NCBI GenBank assembly: GCA_009103225.1
Contig: RHPI01003261.1
Coordinates: 186,001-250,000, forward strand
Direction: 5' to 3'
From: Chlorokybus atmophyticus
Taxonomy: Eukaryota; Plantae; Mesostigma and Chlorokybus algae
Length of the DNA stretch: 64,000 nucleotides
This document shows positions 1 to 15,938 of this stretch, one piece after another; the stretch's first letter is position 1, and each line of letters begins with the position of its first letter. Below the pieces are notes generated by a model. The model saw only the letters and a list, made by a program, of their open reading frames with translations, did not search any database and was not told where the DNA came from. A program made the translations under genes and the position numbers.

Positions 1-187
1 AAAGAGCACACTTGCTGATATAAATGTAGTTGAAATGCCCTCGTGAAGGCGAGCCAGCACGAATGCAACAACCACGCAAGAAACCACTTGCGGGTTTGCT
101 TGCATGCCTAACAAATGTCAAAACCTCACAAGGACTTGCAGCTGAGATACCGCAAGCAAGGGTTTAAGAGCCTAGATACACACTCAC

Positions 188-277
188 CAGCAGCTCCGCA
201 GAGTCGTACAACCCTTGCTGGAGCAGCGTCGCCATCTGCTCTTGAAGCGTGGCGGCTTGCTCCAGCGACGCAGTCAT
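188..277 (-). CDS. APC7: Anaphase-promoting complex subunit 7, first coding exon (gene continues off the left edge)
   Basis: Hand translation MTASLEQAATLQEQMATLLQQGLYDSAELL, followed by a GTGAGT donor at 187. Resembles the plant APC7 N-terminus (..EQIATLIEHGLYDSAEML..). Too short for the ORF track. Confidence 0.75.
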
Positions 278-1038
278 ACTGCTGCTGCTCCAGGAATCAC
301 CCAGCAGCACACTACAAAGGTATATTGCAACCGAATACTAGAAGCTCAAGCGACATTAGACACCGACGGCCTAATCACAAGGTAGCTAACAGCGTCATTG
401 GCAAGCATGGCGCTGCAGGTTGTTTGCTTGCCATCACTGGTTAAATGGCAAGCTGTCGCTCGAGATCTTTGTACAACACCAAGATACGAACCGTTATACT
501 AACACCTCTGCCTCCGCCTCCGCCGGCAACAACGCCGCCAACTACGCCGCCAACACTGCCCGCAACAAGAACGTTTCGGTTGTTGGCCGTAAAACCAGCG
601 TTGCTTCTTGTCGCAGAAGCCATGACAGATCCCAAAACTTTGTACGTTACGTCAGTACAATGCATAGTATGACCCGGTTGCCCTGTTTACAGGATGTTTG
701 CTTCCGTCCTGAAAGTGTAACATGATAATCATCAGCTCGTGTTTAGCAGCGGCGGTGGCGTGGCTGCGGGCGGAAGCGGCGGTGGCGGTGGCGGTGGCGG
801 AGGTGAAAGGCGTAGGAAGGCGATCACGTGTGGAGGCTGGTGGTGTTTTGGATATATAAGTAAGGTTTACTCTTTTTGAAGGGGCTGGAGAAGAAGAAGT
901 GTGCACGCAGAAGCGCACGCAGAAGCTAGCGCTTGGTGCTGGTGGTGATTGCGCCGATGTGGCCGCCGACAGGATAGTCGTTGGTTTGTCGTGGTAGTTG
1001 TTGCGCCTGTTGCTGTCAGCAGAGGCGGCAGCGCACGT

Positions 1039-4000
1039 ATGGTGCGGGCGCCGCTGCGGCTGCACGTTGCGCCGCTGCTGCTGCCTGTGGCTCTGGTCCT
1101 CCTGCGCCTTGCTTGCGACGCCCCTGTTGCCAGCGCCAGGCCCCTACTTGCGGTCAGCTTGTGTGCTGTTGTTGCTGACAAGTACTTGTTTCTCTAAGAT
1201 AGATGAAGAAACAGAGCAATTGAGGTTTTTTCATGACAGGAAGAATTGAGTTAGTTGTTCAATGTTCAACGTTTTCTGATATGACTGCCAATCAAGTGGA
1301 GCTCCTACTTGCTTGCTTGCTGGTTCAGCTTGATATCTTTTCATCAGCAGCACAAGTCAGCTGTGCTATTGTCAGCAAAGTAACCGGGAAGCTGTCTATG
1401 ACAGTCGCTCTTGTCTTTGTGGCACTTTAGAAGGAAGCTGGTACTCCTTTGTGGTTTGCGATTGCGTAAGGAAAGTAGCAGCCATTACCAGATCGTAGTT
1501 CATACCTGTGTATGCTGCGTGCAACGGTAGCTAGCTTTTGCTTGTAGTCGTTTGTTTGTTTGTCATTTGCTACGCATGCAAGGATGTTGCTTTGTTGTTG
1601 ATCAATGCAGCGGTCTGCATCGCACTGGTGCTGGTGTCTCTGTCATCACTGTTGCACATATGTGGGTTAGCGATAGCATATTTTGACTCATTATGCCAGA
1701 GATGTTGGCATCCTTTCTTGCAAGATATTAAGTCTCAGCTCGTGAGGTGAAGTTGTCTTTTGCGCAGCATACTCGCTTAGCAGTCGTGTCACTTCTCTCA
1801 CGCTCTCTGTTACATGCGGCTGGCTGGTTGTTTTACGTGCTAGTCTGCAGGCAGTTGCAAACGACAGCCATCACAACTGCTTTGCATGCCTTCCTTGCAC
1901 ATCAGCTTTGCCGCGAAGTAAGGTTATCAAGAGCTCAAGCGCATGTTGCCAATCAGGAGGTCAGGCCGGCTGCGCTTGCGAATAACAACACTGCTGGAGT
2001 GTTTGATCGCGACGCCTTTAACGATGGTTTCCCCCTCAACATCTCAGGCACTTACAGAGGTACATGGCTTGGTGAATTTAGTATACCAATGCATGTGCAT
2101 TGTTTCTAGCTGTCAATGAGATTGTAAGGTCGTCAACGGAGTGATATTTCAGCGTCTTGCAACATTGCAGGAGAGTGGGAAAAGATATCCACCAATACAA
2201 CAGCGTGCACTCCTGCTTTGCTGCCAGCTGCGGAAGGCAAGGGCAACGCCATCTTCCAGCTCAGCAGCCACCCAACCAAGGCCGAGGGCATGCAGTTCGT
2301 TCAGGTGCGCTCACGGACTTTGAACAGCCAGTGTCAGGATTGGAAAGATGCAAAGCTGCAACGTGCAGTATTGGGCTTTACATTCGTTATGTTTAGAACC
2401 CTAGTATAAGCATGTGTTGTGCTGTTGACATTGTTACATGCATACATGCAGGGAGAGCTCGTGTTGCGCAACGGATTCTACCGGTCGGATGATGACTTGC
2501 ACATGACTCTGGAAGGCGTGTATAGCTCTTCTTTACACCAGCTTCGGGTTATGCTTGATTGGTAAGTGTTCACATCAAAGCGACAGTACGTCTCTCCGGA
2601 GTGAGCTGTTGCATCATTGGTAACAAAATTTTAGCGCTGATAGCCTTACCTAAACATGCAGTGCAGCCAAGTCTGATGCTGTGAAACCCAATGGTGAAGA
2701 TATGCAACAGGTATTGCCACACAGCTGGAAGCCTCGAATGCAGCAACTCCTTGTGATGTAATGCGTTAGGTCATTAGCGCATTAACTTTGTCTGGTACAG
2801 GCAATAAATGCGGGCGCGTCAATCTTCTGGGACTCCAAGTTGAGTAAGTTGTATACAACAGAAGCCATGGTCAATAGCGATCTTCTACCTCTCCGATTTG
2901 CCCAATGTAGCCCAAAGCTTTGGTAGAGCTAGCCTTACGCGTGTTGGTTTTGTTCTGGCAGCTGAGGAGACAGAGGCGCAGGTGGATACTGCATGCGACC
3001 AATGCAAGTTTACAATGAACATGCAACTGGAAGTGGTTCAACATGCTGGCAATAGTACGTTCAGCGCATTGTTTTTATCATCAGCTTGTGCGTTACTATG
3101 TATAATGACATTGTCATTGCTTCTGGTCAGGTGGCCTCCACATAGCTATGCACGGCGACGTGGAGAGCAGCAGCATCATGCTGCTCAAGTTGGACGCCTC
3201 ACTCATACAGCTGGAGACGTATTACAATAAAGCCATCAACTACACGCTGATGGTCACTTTTGTATCCAGTCGCTGCATGTATGCTGCTGTTGTGCAGTAG
3301 CACTGTCATGTGCTGTGTCTGTGTTTTGGGAAACAGAGTATAATGTCGTTTCCTCTTGACGGACTAGAGCAGGTTTCATTCATTCAGGTGCTGTGTCTTA
3401 TCCGACAAATAGAGTACAGCAACACTCAGGCTGTAAGTATCAGTCAACCTGTGCTTCTGTCATCTGTCAACAACTCTGCTTCAACTCATGCTCACTAAGT
3501 TCGGCTCTGCAGGGCGCAGCCAAGGTGTCCCTGTTGATGATTGGCCAACAGGCCATCATGGATGCCTACCTTTGTTTGCTGCACCTCACAGCGGGCATCG
3601 TGTTCGGTAAGACAGACTCTGTTGTTAGTGACCAGTGGTTGACTTCCATCCGGCTGTTGCTGACTGTAAACACATGTTGCTGCAGAACCGCTGTTCAACG
3701 CGTTTGCAACGGCCTCCTTCTTCAAGTTTGTCATCTTTTCCATCTTTGAGATGCGATTCTTGCTCGCCATCTGGAAGGCGCGACGCCCAAGCAACTTTGA
3801 TGGCTGGGGCAACATGCGGCGAGAGTTGTCCATCCTTTACTCGCGCTTCTGTAAGTTGCCACACTGCTTCTCCTGATTTACGCCAACACACATCAAGAAC
3901 AAGAACATTTCTAAGTCAAACTGTCATGCATGCCATGGACAGTGCACAGGTGGCTACAAACACCACACGCTGTACACAATCTTCACGCAGTTTGTGTACT

Positions 4001-4951
4001 TATGTGCTTATTCACAACAAGGCTATGTATGCATGCTGTACGCTACCTTTTCTCCAACATACATGTCTTGTGACATCATTGACCAAGTTGTGTCCGCAGA
4101 TTTCTTCTTGCTGTTTGGCATCATGGTGATGTACCACATGAACAGCGTGATGCACTACCTGCTGTTCTTCTTCTACTCGTTCTGGGTCCCCCAGATCGTC
4201 TGCAGCGTGCAGATGGACTCCCGCAAGCCGCTGCACCCGCAGTACATTTTTGGCATCAGCGTCACACGCCTCTGCATCCCCCTGTACATGTACGCCTGCC
4301 CCCACAACATTCCGGAAATTAAACCCAATCCGGCTTACTGCGCGCTACTCATTGGGTGCGTGACTGTCAGTTTCCAAGTTTATGCTATAACCTGGAGCTT
4401 GAAAGAGTTACGGGTTGACTGTTTTTGTCTGTCCGGTGTTTGCAGCTGGATGGCATTGCAAGCCAGCATTCTATTGCTGCAGCATCTCCTGGGTGCTCGC
4501 TTCTTCATTCCAAAGCGGGTAAGGCACATAATTTGCATGTGAAGTTTCCTGGCAGCGGTAAGCAGCACGCTATGTACTGATTATGCCTTGTTGTGGTGTA
4601 TGTCCAGTTTCTACCTCAAAAGTATGATTACTTCCGCAAGGTAGACAAGGGTGCTCTACCTCCCATGAATAGTGGTGAGGACGGCGGCTCGCACATGGAC
4701 TGCGTCATTTGCATGACGCAAGTTGACGTTATGCGCGCGTCAAGACGGATGGTGAGAGTGCGATTGTTGCAATTGCACTGTGCAGAGTCTGATGGTAGGT
4801 GTTGCGGTGGTGGCAGCCTTACCTGATGCTGTATGTGTAATGCTTGCAGGTCACGCCTTGTGACCACTTTTTCCACACGGACTGCCTGCAGCGTTGGATG
4901 GACATCAAGATGGAATGTCCAACGTGTCGAAGGTCTTTGCCAGCCATGTAG
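1039..4951 (+). CDS. TUL1: Multi-pass transmembrane RING-H2 E3 ubiquitin ligase (TUL1/FLY1-FLY2/DSC E3 family), multi-exon
   Basis: Signal-peptide exon MVRAPLRLHVAPLLLPVALVLLRLA (1039-1152); FPLNISGTYRG; TM exons YNKAINYTLMVTF, AIMDAYLCLLHLTAGI, FFKFVIFSIFEMRFLLAIWKARR, YSFWVPQIVC; C-terminal CVICM..PCDHFFHTDCLQRWMDIKMECPTC; TAG at 4949-4951; GT-AG introns. Confidence 0.9.
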
Positions 4952-5740
4952 CTGTAGCAGTAGCGCAGCTGGTAGATGCGGTAGTATTGACTAGATTGGT
5001 TTAGCTCTGCATTGCTGTTAACTATGGTCAGTCAACTGCTGAGACTTGCAAATGCGCAGATGTGCACATGCGTTGCGTTAGGTGTTGCTACTAATACTAA
5101 TACTGAGGTACGTCAGGTAGCTCCTTTACTGAAGTGGTTTCTATTGCAGCGTGTGATATTGATGAAGGTGTCACGTTCGGAGGGTGGGATGCCTGGGTGA
5201 TGAGGAAAGCATTGTCCTGTGTGGTAAAATAGATGTGCATGGGATTCAATTGTTACGTCCACCAATTGCTGTTGTTGCGGTTGTTCAAGACCCTGGGAAC
5301 AACTGCCGCCGCTGTGGCGCAACATGACAAGTGAATGGGGTGGGCATAGCAGCCAGCAATTCATATCTGCATGCTGCTGGCCAGTGCGTGTGCAGCACTT
5401 GCACCGCAGAATCTACATTTGTTGCGGTGTCTGGTGGGGCGGGGACGCACAACGACGCATGACACGTTTGGTGACGATATGTTCATTATTCTTCGCAAGG
5501 CCAGGTGCGTGGTGTCACATGAGCAGATGGGATTTATGCCGGTTCGCCCTGCTGAGACACGGGGGTGGGTCTGGTGGCTTCAGAGTCGGGGAAGGATCAC
5601 CGTTGGCTCCTGTACATAATTCTTTTTTCATACACTAACAGCGACATCGTCACACCAAGCTACGTACTGTCAATCCTGCCTATCACTGCACAAGCATACT
5701 CACACGCATGCCAGCGGCATGCAAGCACGCCTACATAATG

Positions 5741-6185
5741 GTCATGGCTTGTGGCGTCACCCCCGGTGCCGCAGCGCGTGATGCGGAGAATGGTAAACTT
5801 TGCAAGTGATCACCCACCGGCGGACACGTTCTTCCCGCTGGCGGTGGAGACCCACGGCACGGTGTGGGCAGCAGTTTGCAGAGGTGTTGAAGACGTGGGC
5901 ACGCCAGGCGGTGTACACGAGAGGGCTGCCGTTGCATCACCTCAGTGGGTACATGGCCCTGGTTCGGTAGGGCGTGGCGGTGGCGCTGCAGCGAGCGCAG
6001 GGCCTGGTGCTGCTGGAGCATGACGCAGCGGCGGTGGCAGCGGTACCAGTATGGAGCCCGCAGCAGACGGGACCACGAGATTCGGAGGCGAACATGGCAA
6101 TGGCGGCTGCATCCGGCACTTGGCGTGTACACGTGTCAGTGTATATAAGGGGTATGGTACGGTGTGTGTATGGGGTGCGCGGACA
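5741..6185 (+). mobile_element. 5'-truncated, decayed non-LTR retrotransposon fragment (restriction-like endonuclease C-terminus)
   Basis: Frameshifted pieces PGAAARDAENGKLCK / DHPPADTFFPLAVETHG / VAVALQRAQG follow the AA..E..K..KY...F.PL.VET.G...VALQRAQ order of REL-type elements. A 9-bp direct repeat TACATAATG at 5732-5740 and 6186-6194 is a candidate TSD. Confidence 0.55.
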
Positions 6186-6831
6186 TACATAATGCAAATG
6201 GAGATGCGCACTCTGTTACTGCATGATCAGTATGCATGCACACAGTCATCAGCACAGCATACATACAACATTCTAGTACACCGCCAGGCTATGTGCCTAT
6301 GCTAGCTTCAGTACCCCTACATCAACCCGCAGTTGTAATACCTGCACATCGGCCGTTGGTCAGCGGCCCAGTCCTTGTGTTGGCGAGGTGTGTACCTCTC
6401 TCATGTGTACCGGATAGGCAGCTACGCATGTGTGGTTGTGTGTGGGTAGTAGGCATGGTCAGTTAGTACAAGCCAACATGCATGTGCTGGTGTTATTAGT
6501 GGTTGTTGCTGGCCAGCGACCATGCTATCCGCGCAGTGCACATGGTGCATCAAGCGTAAGTGATGCAACATGTGCAAAGCATTGCACGACCTCCACCGCC
6601 CTGCTAGTCCTCCTCCAACTTCAAGCGCTACTGCACAAAGCTTGCTTTAATCGCTACTGCACAAGACTTGCTTGTCAATGAAAACACAAGACAACTGATG
6701 CTAGCAGCATTCTTGCTCTGACTCTGCGCTCTCTGTACAACGCCTACTCAACTACCTATACAGCTGCCTATACACCACCTCCATACGCGGGCGCGAACAA
6801 CACCACCTCACCCACAGCTCCCACACGACCG

Positions 6832-8833
6832 CTAGAACTTGACCTCTTTGCACTGCGCCACGGTGGTGTCCTGTGGGCAGTACGGACACTTGAACGTGCG
6901 CGTAGAGCCCTTCGCAAGTTTAGCAGCGGATTGCTTGCACAACACATGTCCACATGGGAGTAGCATCGGCGGATTCTCCGCAGATCCGAGTTCGCGCGAC
7001 ACGGGACATGAGAATATAGAATGGAACTGAAACTCCCTCCCCAGGGCGATCTCAACGGGGAGCTCCTGCTCCGAGTCCATCAGCGATGATGTGGGTTTGT
7101 TGTTCTTGCTCGCGAGCGTGTTCTTCGCGGCCATGACGCCCGCAAGCTTCACAAGTGTTGGAAGCGCGGCCGCACCCGCCGTAATTGTCACGTACAGCGG
7201 GGACTCGTAAGACTCGCCGGCGAGGTTGCAACATTCGCGCATGAACTCCTGAGCAATGTAGTCCCAATGCGACTCCTGCACACACAATGTTGATGTTGGC
7301 TCATTCTCAACATCAGGGATGGATCTATATTTGACTCATATAGTAATTTGGTACCTGTAACAGGTCTGCGTAGGGGGATTTCTGCAGTCTCCCAGCCCAC
7401 AATAGGCAACCCATCAGGCGTTGTATGTCGTGCAGATGTTGCAAAGCAAAGCGGCCAAACTCGCGGCGTGCGTACGCCAGCGCCGTGGCTCTGCCCCTCG
7501 CTTGCAGCTCTTGCACGAACTGAAGAGCGTGCAACTTGAACTCCAACGAGCTGCTATGAGACACACGCACACATGTGAGGTTGGAGAACCAAAATCCATA
7601 CTCTCAAGTTGTTGATGTGTGACCAACCATCCCAGTTTGGGCTTACATCCTTGAGTCAGCGGCACAAAACTGTGTAAGATGACACAAACCTGTGAAGCTT
7701 TTGTTGTGCAATGTACAGAGGTAAACCAACAATCTAAGTAGCGAACCTGCGTTTAGCCAGCTGATCTCGATGCTGCGCGGCCCACAGCAGCGCGGGCGCG
7801 AGGTCTCTTCGCTGTATGTGCGCGAGGATGTTGTACATCGCCAGGTATGGCGCGGTGTAGTCCGGCGGCAGCTTCACGCCCGCCTCCTCCACAAACTCGT
7901 GACCCAACTGGAAGCGACCCTCCCTAAACAAATGCTGTGCAATCGCCTGCAAGCATATGCAATACACTATCGGTCAGGTCAATAGAGTACATACAGATGT
8001 TGGTGAGGCTCTCCTGTTATGCATAACATGAGTACCTCATTCAGCAGCTCCTTGTCAAACTCCTTGTCGCGCGTGGCCTTGTGTATGTCCTGAAGGAAGC
8101 TGCGCTCTACAATCTTGCCAAACTTGCTCAAGGCACCGTGCAACTCTTTCGCCTGCACACACGCCCAAATCAGCAACCAACACAACATATACAAAGCCAC
8201 ATGCACAAGTCTTTTCTCACCTGGCCAGCTACGGCCAAGTCGTTGAGTTTCTTCCCCAAGTCAGAGAGTGCTTCGCTGGCGGGTTCGGGCGCGGCGGCAT
8301 TGGAAGGCTGCTCGGCTAGGGCTGCGATGGCCTGTTGGGCCTGGTGGATAAGAGCATCGATGCATTGCTGCGTGCTGGCGTACACCGTCTGAAAAAAAAC
8401 AACCATACAATGTACACAATAGTGACAAGTCAGCTGATGTTGTAGTCAAGGTAGCAATCTTATTTATCTGCGGTACAGTGATTGTCTTACAGAAACAACA
8501 ACACTGTTCTGCGCAGTTTCAAGTTGCCACACAATCAAATAGCATCACAGCCACACAATCTGCAGTAATATGGAGACAGCTCCTCCGCTCCCATACAACT
8601 AATACACATGAAGCACACAGCATGCACACCGAGCTTGCGCTTGATGCATCTGTACACAGCAATTGCAACAGTGTGAGACTGATTGTCAAGTGTGCATGCC
8701 GGGACTGCTCCTCACGCGATTAACGCGATTAAGGCATCAGCAGCGAGGCGCAAGCGTTCCACATCATCATCGTCATCACCTTTTGCTTCTTGGCCACCCT
8801 GTCAAAGGCGTCCCGCAGCGCCGCCGTATCCAT
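6832..8833 (-). CDS. RMND5: RMND5/RMD5 (GID2), CTLH/GID complex RING E3 subunit, multi-exon
   Basis: Exon 1 MDTAALRDAFDRVAKKQK (8780-8833); LisH/CTLH exons (AIAQHLFREGRFQLG, LEFKLHALQF, IQRLMGCLLW); C-terminal FHSIFSCPVS..PPMLLPCGHVLC..FKCPYCP; TAG at 6832-6834. Confidence 0.92.
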
Positions 8834-9899
8834 AACCGCAGCACCTGATCTGGACAGCCTGAAGGAGGTGGAGGTGCAGGTGGTGGTGGTAGTGGAGGCG
8901 ATGACGACGCCTTACTAGACTTGATATGTTGGCTTTGACTCAGATCAATTCAGCTGCTGTGGTCCTGGACAACCCCCGGAGAAGAAGCTACGCCTTCAGC
9001 GCGGCCGACAGCGCCCACGACACCGCCGCCGCCAACAGCGCCGCCCTTCCCCTGACTAACGCCCACGCGCACGATAACCACAACAGCCCGCCGCCGCCGG
9101 AGCCGACGAAGTCGCCGCAGGCGGAGGTAGCTAATTGCACGACTTGCTGCGTCTGTACAGGAGCGTCAACGACGCTGACAAGGACGACGACGACGACAGC
9201 GATGATAATAATGTCGCCCTCACTACTACTATCGCACTAATGGAGGTGACATAGCAAGTCAAGTGAGCGAGCTGATCATCTTCACTGTAACAGGAGACCT
9301 GCTACTGGCGTTCAAGCTGTACTAAAGCTTGCACTACTAGGAGCTTGTACGCGTGGCTGGTGACGCTTGACAGCAATTGCATGTTGCTTCATCAAGAATC
9401 TGCATGCACGTATCATACACGGAGCTGCAATGTGCGACACGTGTGCGACTTGTAGCCCGACACATACAATCACAAGGGTCTGCATCACATCATGACTCTG
9501 GTCCATGAGTGGCTGCCACCACATCACAGACAGTCAACCAGCAGTTTGCCTTTGTGCCAACCAGCAGCAGACGAGAAATGAATGACCAAATGAATGCGTA
9601 CTGCGGTCAAGTGTGGCGCCAAACACCATGCCTAAACATGCAGCAGGTATTGCGCAGTTCAATACTTGTCGCCAACACCGGCAATGAGCTTTATCTATCT
9701 GCTTAGTACAGCTAGAGTTGATGGGAATCAAACTGCTAAAAACAACAGTGTGACAGGTCAGCACACAACAAGCAAGTGTCGACTCGGCCAGTATCGACCT
9801 GAGGCCTTCAATGACAAGCCATATGAGGATGTAAATCCAACTCCTCTGCAGGCACTCTCCAGCTGGCAGAATGGCTGCACAATCTTGGCAGGGTATGTC

Positions 9900-12055
<2,156 letters not shown>

Positions 12056-13383
12056 GGCGTCGGCCAGTAAGCTTGGTCACAGCACAACTGACGACGACAC
12101 AAACAACGACAACCACGACCACGGCGACGAAGAAGGCGGAGACGGCAACAACGACAGCTTTTGGCTTGAGCTGAGACACACGCAGGCTGCAGTGGACACT
12201 TTTGTGTTGCCAGCATGCACCAGTCAGTCTTTCACGCCCGCGCGTTCTTTCATGACAAGCTGACACACAACCGGCCATTGGTCGCGGTTTGCGCAACTCA
12301 CGGCGAGGCGTCCACCCCACCCAAACACGACAGGACTTTCCGCACCGTTTCCCAAACAGGTGGAGAGTCTAAAGACGCGTTTCCGGACCAGGAAATCAAT
12401 GCAGGCGTGTACACAAAGGGTCCTAATAAATACGGGCTGTGAATGAAAGCCCTGTGATGCAGCAGCCCGCTGGTAACGGGATCAGGACCAACGCTGACGA
12501 TAGATTGCATACTTATCGTTTTGAGACAATTCCGTGCTGATCTTCTTTCGTCGTGCTTATCGGACGGCAAGGCGGAGCTTTGGCCGGTGAACCGGCGGAG
12601 TGGGCGGCGGGGTGACTGGCGTCGTTGTACTGGTTGTGGTCGTCGCCTGCGGCGGCCGGGGGGTCCGGTTGATATTGCTCTTCAGTCATGCTTGGATACA
12701 GTTGAAGCTAGTGCAGGGTGAAGAATTGCTGGTTTGACGGAAGCAGCGGAGAGGTGCTGGGTGGTGGAGCTGTGGCTGCTGGTTGCCGCAGTGCCCGAGC
12801 CAAGTTGTCGCATGGCGGGTGAGCAACTATTGGTCAACTCTTCTATGAATAATCAAAAGTTCAATTCACCAAATGGCGAGTGTTCAATGATTATCGCAAC
12901 GTTGTGCCGGCATTGTAGGATCTGCTGGTGATCAACAACCTTGATATGCATGTTTTTGTAAACAGCAGCGCGTTCTCAAGTCGCAAGCATGTCGAGAGCA
13001 TGCACAACCACAGCCTGATAAGATGTGAACCCTTAACTGCATGAGGTAAAGGTTCCGGTGGTGGTTGACTGCGATGTGATTGGTGAATGCATGCATGTGC
13101 TCGCCCATGCATGCGTGACATTGCCTATACAAGTGACCGACACTTAAACATAAAACTAGGCTCCAATCAGTCATCCCAGTCTGTCATGCGCAATAGTGGC
13201 TGCCTCATTGTGAGTTGCGTGCGAAGCAAAACAAACAAAGTCATCCCCGATCAGTTGCCACTGCACCCTTTGCATGCGTACAGCATGTTGATGTTTACGA
13301 GCTCAACATTACACCCTCCGCTAGGCTGCCCCAGCTCAATCACTCGGCAGTAGAGAAAGCCCAAACCGCAACCCCGCGGCGTC

Positions 13384-14110
13384 ATGGCCTGGGCGGGCGG
13401 TGGAGGGCAGGGCAGTCGAGTGAGAGAGCTGATAGCGAGGTACGGCAGGGTTGGGCTCGCGACGCATGTTGTGCTCTCCGCTGGTTTCTACGCTGGCTGC
13501 TATGCGCTGGTGTCCTCCAACGCCGATGTCCCTGCACTTCTTCGCAAGGTAAAGCTTTCAGTGCAGCATCAGCGCTGCCGTTTCCACTCATGCACTTCCA
13601 CTTATGTCGTTGGAAAAGCATGTACGTCATGCATGCAACCAATGCTCACCTCATATACTTCAGCCAATCACCGTGAGTAAGCTGATTCTTTTGTGTTTGG
13701 GTAAGGCGTCGCCCTTGTGAGGCGACTTCAGAGTGCTCCACTGTCTGGCACACTGTTGCAACTTCTTGTTTATGTTGTTGAGCATTTTGTTCAAGCAAGT
13801 CTCCTCCTGGCCAGTGCACTCCATCGCCATTGTGTTTTTGCAGGTAGGGATACAGAAGGCAGAGGAGGAGTTCAAGCATGAGGTTCAAGAGGTGTTGCAC
13901 TCTGATGAGCATGACTTCTCAATTACTTCTGCGCCTGAAGCAGGTAGCAACATGAAAACGAACAGCGGCGATACTCATGACGGTGTGGCTTCAAAAGGGA
14001 GCAAGCTTTTGGTTGCTTGGGTACTGTATAAAGCTATCATGCCGATTCGGATTCCCACAACAATAGCTGTGACGCCAATTGTTGCGCGTGTCTTGCAACG
14101 AATGCGTTGA
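13384..14110 (+). CDS. FAM210/DUF1279 family membrane protein, 2 exons (13384-13548, 13844-14110)
   Basis: RELIARYGRVGLATHVVLSAGFYAGCYALV and SKLLVAWVLYKAIMPIRIPTTIAVTP match the DUF1279 pattern; phase-0 GT-AG intron joins the exons in frame. Confidence 0.85.
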
Positions 14111-15938
14111 GGTTGTATGCGCGTGATGTATGTGTATGCTGTGCACCGGAGGCCGCTGGTTCATATTTGCGGTGTTTCAACAATGCGGATTGCAATTGCA
14201 AATAAGCATGTGTATGGAAAGAAAGATTGAAAAGGCCCCCAATCACATCAGCAGCACGCACACACTGCCGTTGCTAATGCTGCTACTCGTGCTTGATCAG
14301 GTAATCACTAGTGCATGCATGCCTGTATGTGTCATGAGGAGAAGGGCAGTAGTGAAGGTAGGTAGGAGGCTAGGTAATAACTAGGTGGACAACCCGGTTG
14401 ATGTAAGTGTGATGATGTAGTGCGCTGACTGCTTTACGTGTGTCACACTCTCATGCATGCCACAATTGCTGCATACTATATGTTGTTTGCTTGCTTTACT
14501 TATGCACGGTTACCTTGAGTATACTTTGGAGTTTGCTACATGCAGCTCTTCTATGTTATGTCGCACAGAAGCCATCATATTACAAGCACAAGCATAAGCA
14601 AATTACATAGATATGATACAGCAACCCGCACACATCGCTTATATTGCAAAGACCGATGAGGCAAGCACAATAGGCAGGCAAGGATTGCAGGGTGTAGCAG
14701 GCAGTGTTGTACCTACAAAGGAAGCGCGATGTATGATGAACAGCTACGGCTATTAGATTCGAATTCAGTACCATAATTGATGGTCAGTTATAACATTACT
14801 ATTATACATGAATAAACTATGATTACCCATGGCTCAAGCCATCAGAAGCTTAAGTCATAATAAATATGTTTACACATAAAAGTTGTAATATTAGTAGTAT
14901 TTCACACAAGATTAGTAACTTATGCATGCTTATTATAAAAAACACCATGTATTCATGCGTACCATGCAATTGACCTTGCTACCAATTGCATCACATGCGT
15001 TATTAAAACGCACTTAATGCTTATGCTTACAATTCTATGGATTTTGCAAGATAATACTATGTCCAGCATATGCTACGCGCATATACCAACAAGGAATGCT
15101 TGAAGTTGTTGGCGTGCATTATTTTGTGGCCTATTTACTTAAGTGTAGGTACTCGTTACGTATAAACATCTTATGGGCTGCATGTATCAATAAATTACGC
15201 AATTATCTTCCCAATTGCATTATAGATATATTGCTACATATTCAAGGATTAATTACTTTAAATGCTACGATCGCTGTGTGATATGATAGGTTATAGGGCA
15301 AACAATGATTTAATTTGGTATGGATGTTAGTAGTGCAGATTGTGATGCATACATGTGAACACACCCAGTTTTCATGTTTTTACGTATTGTGTGCATTGTG
15401 CATAAGTAAAGTATGCAATAGCATGCTGGCATGACACACGTAACAATATTGAATGCAATGTTATCATATGCAAATTTTACGTATGTATAACAACATGACG
15501 TAAAACTTTTATAACCGTACTTCGAGACAATACATTGCAGCTTTTCTTTAAGTCACATTGTGTAATAATACGGGATAACCGTTTTTTCATGTTGCAATAT
15601 CATAAAAATCACTATGAAAAATAAAATATATTTGCATGTATATTAAGATATTTATCACATTTGTCGCACATAGATCGCGTAACAGACACGTCTTTTGATT
15701 GATTATATGCTACTCTATATGACCACACTTTACCTCTACATGTGCGTGTCCTTTACTCAGGTTTGAGACATGTGTGCAAAACAAAACAGCAAAATATAAA
15801 ACGGTCGTATGGGCGTTCGTCACATTGACACCTCCCCGCCCCCCAGATGCACTATCAGTGACGGACGCAGCTCAGCGTTGCTTATAGCAAGGGTCTCTAG
15901 TCGGTACACGTCACCGCGCTCTGCACTGACCCCACCCT

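Noticed and set aside
420-1065. Several Pro/Thr/Ala-rich ORFs (441-665, 445-672, 652-1065)
   Set aside because: Low-complexity GCC/GGC repeats in the APC7-TUL1 intergenic/UTR region; no recognisable domain.
8926-9240. 104-aa plus-strand ORF
   Set aside because: GC-rich promoter/5' region of RMND5; no motif or splice support.
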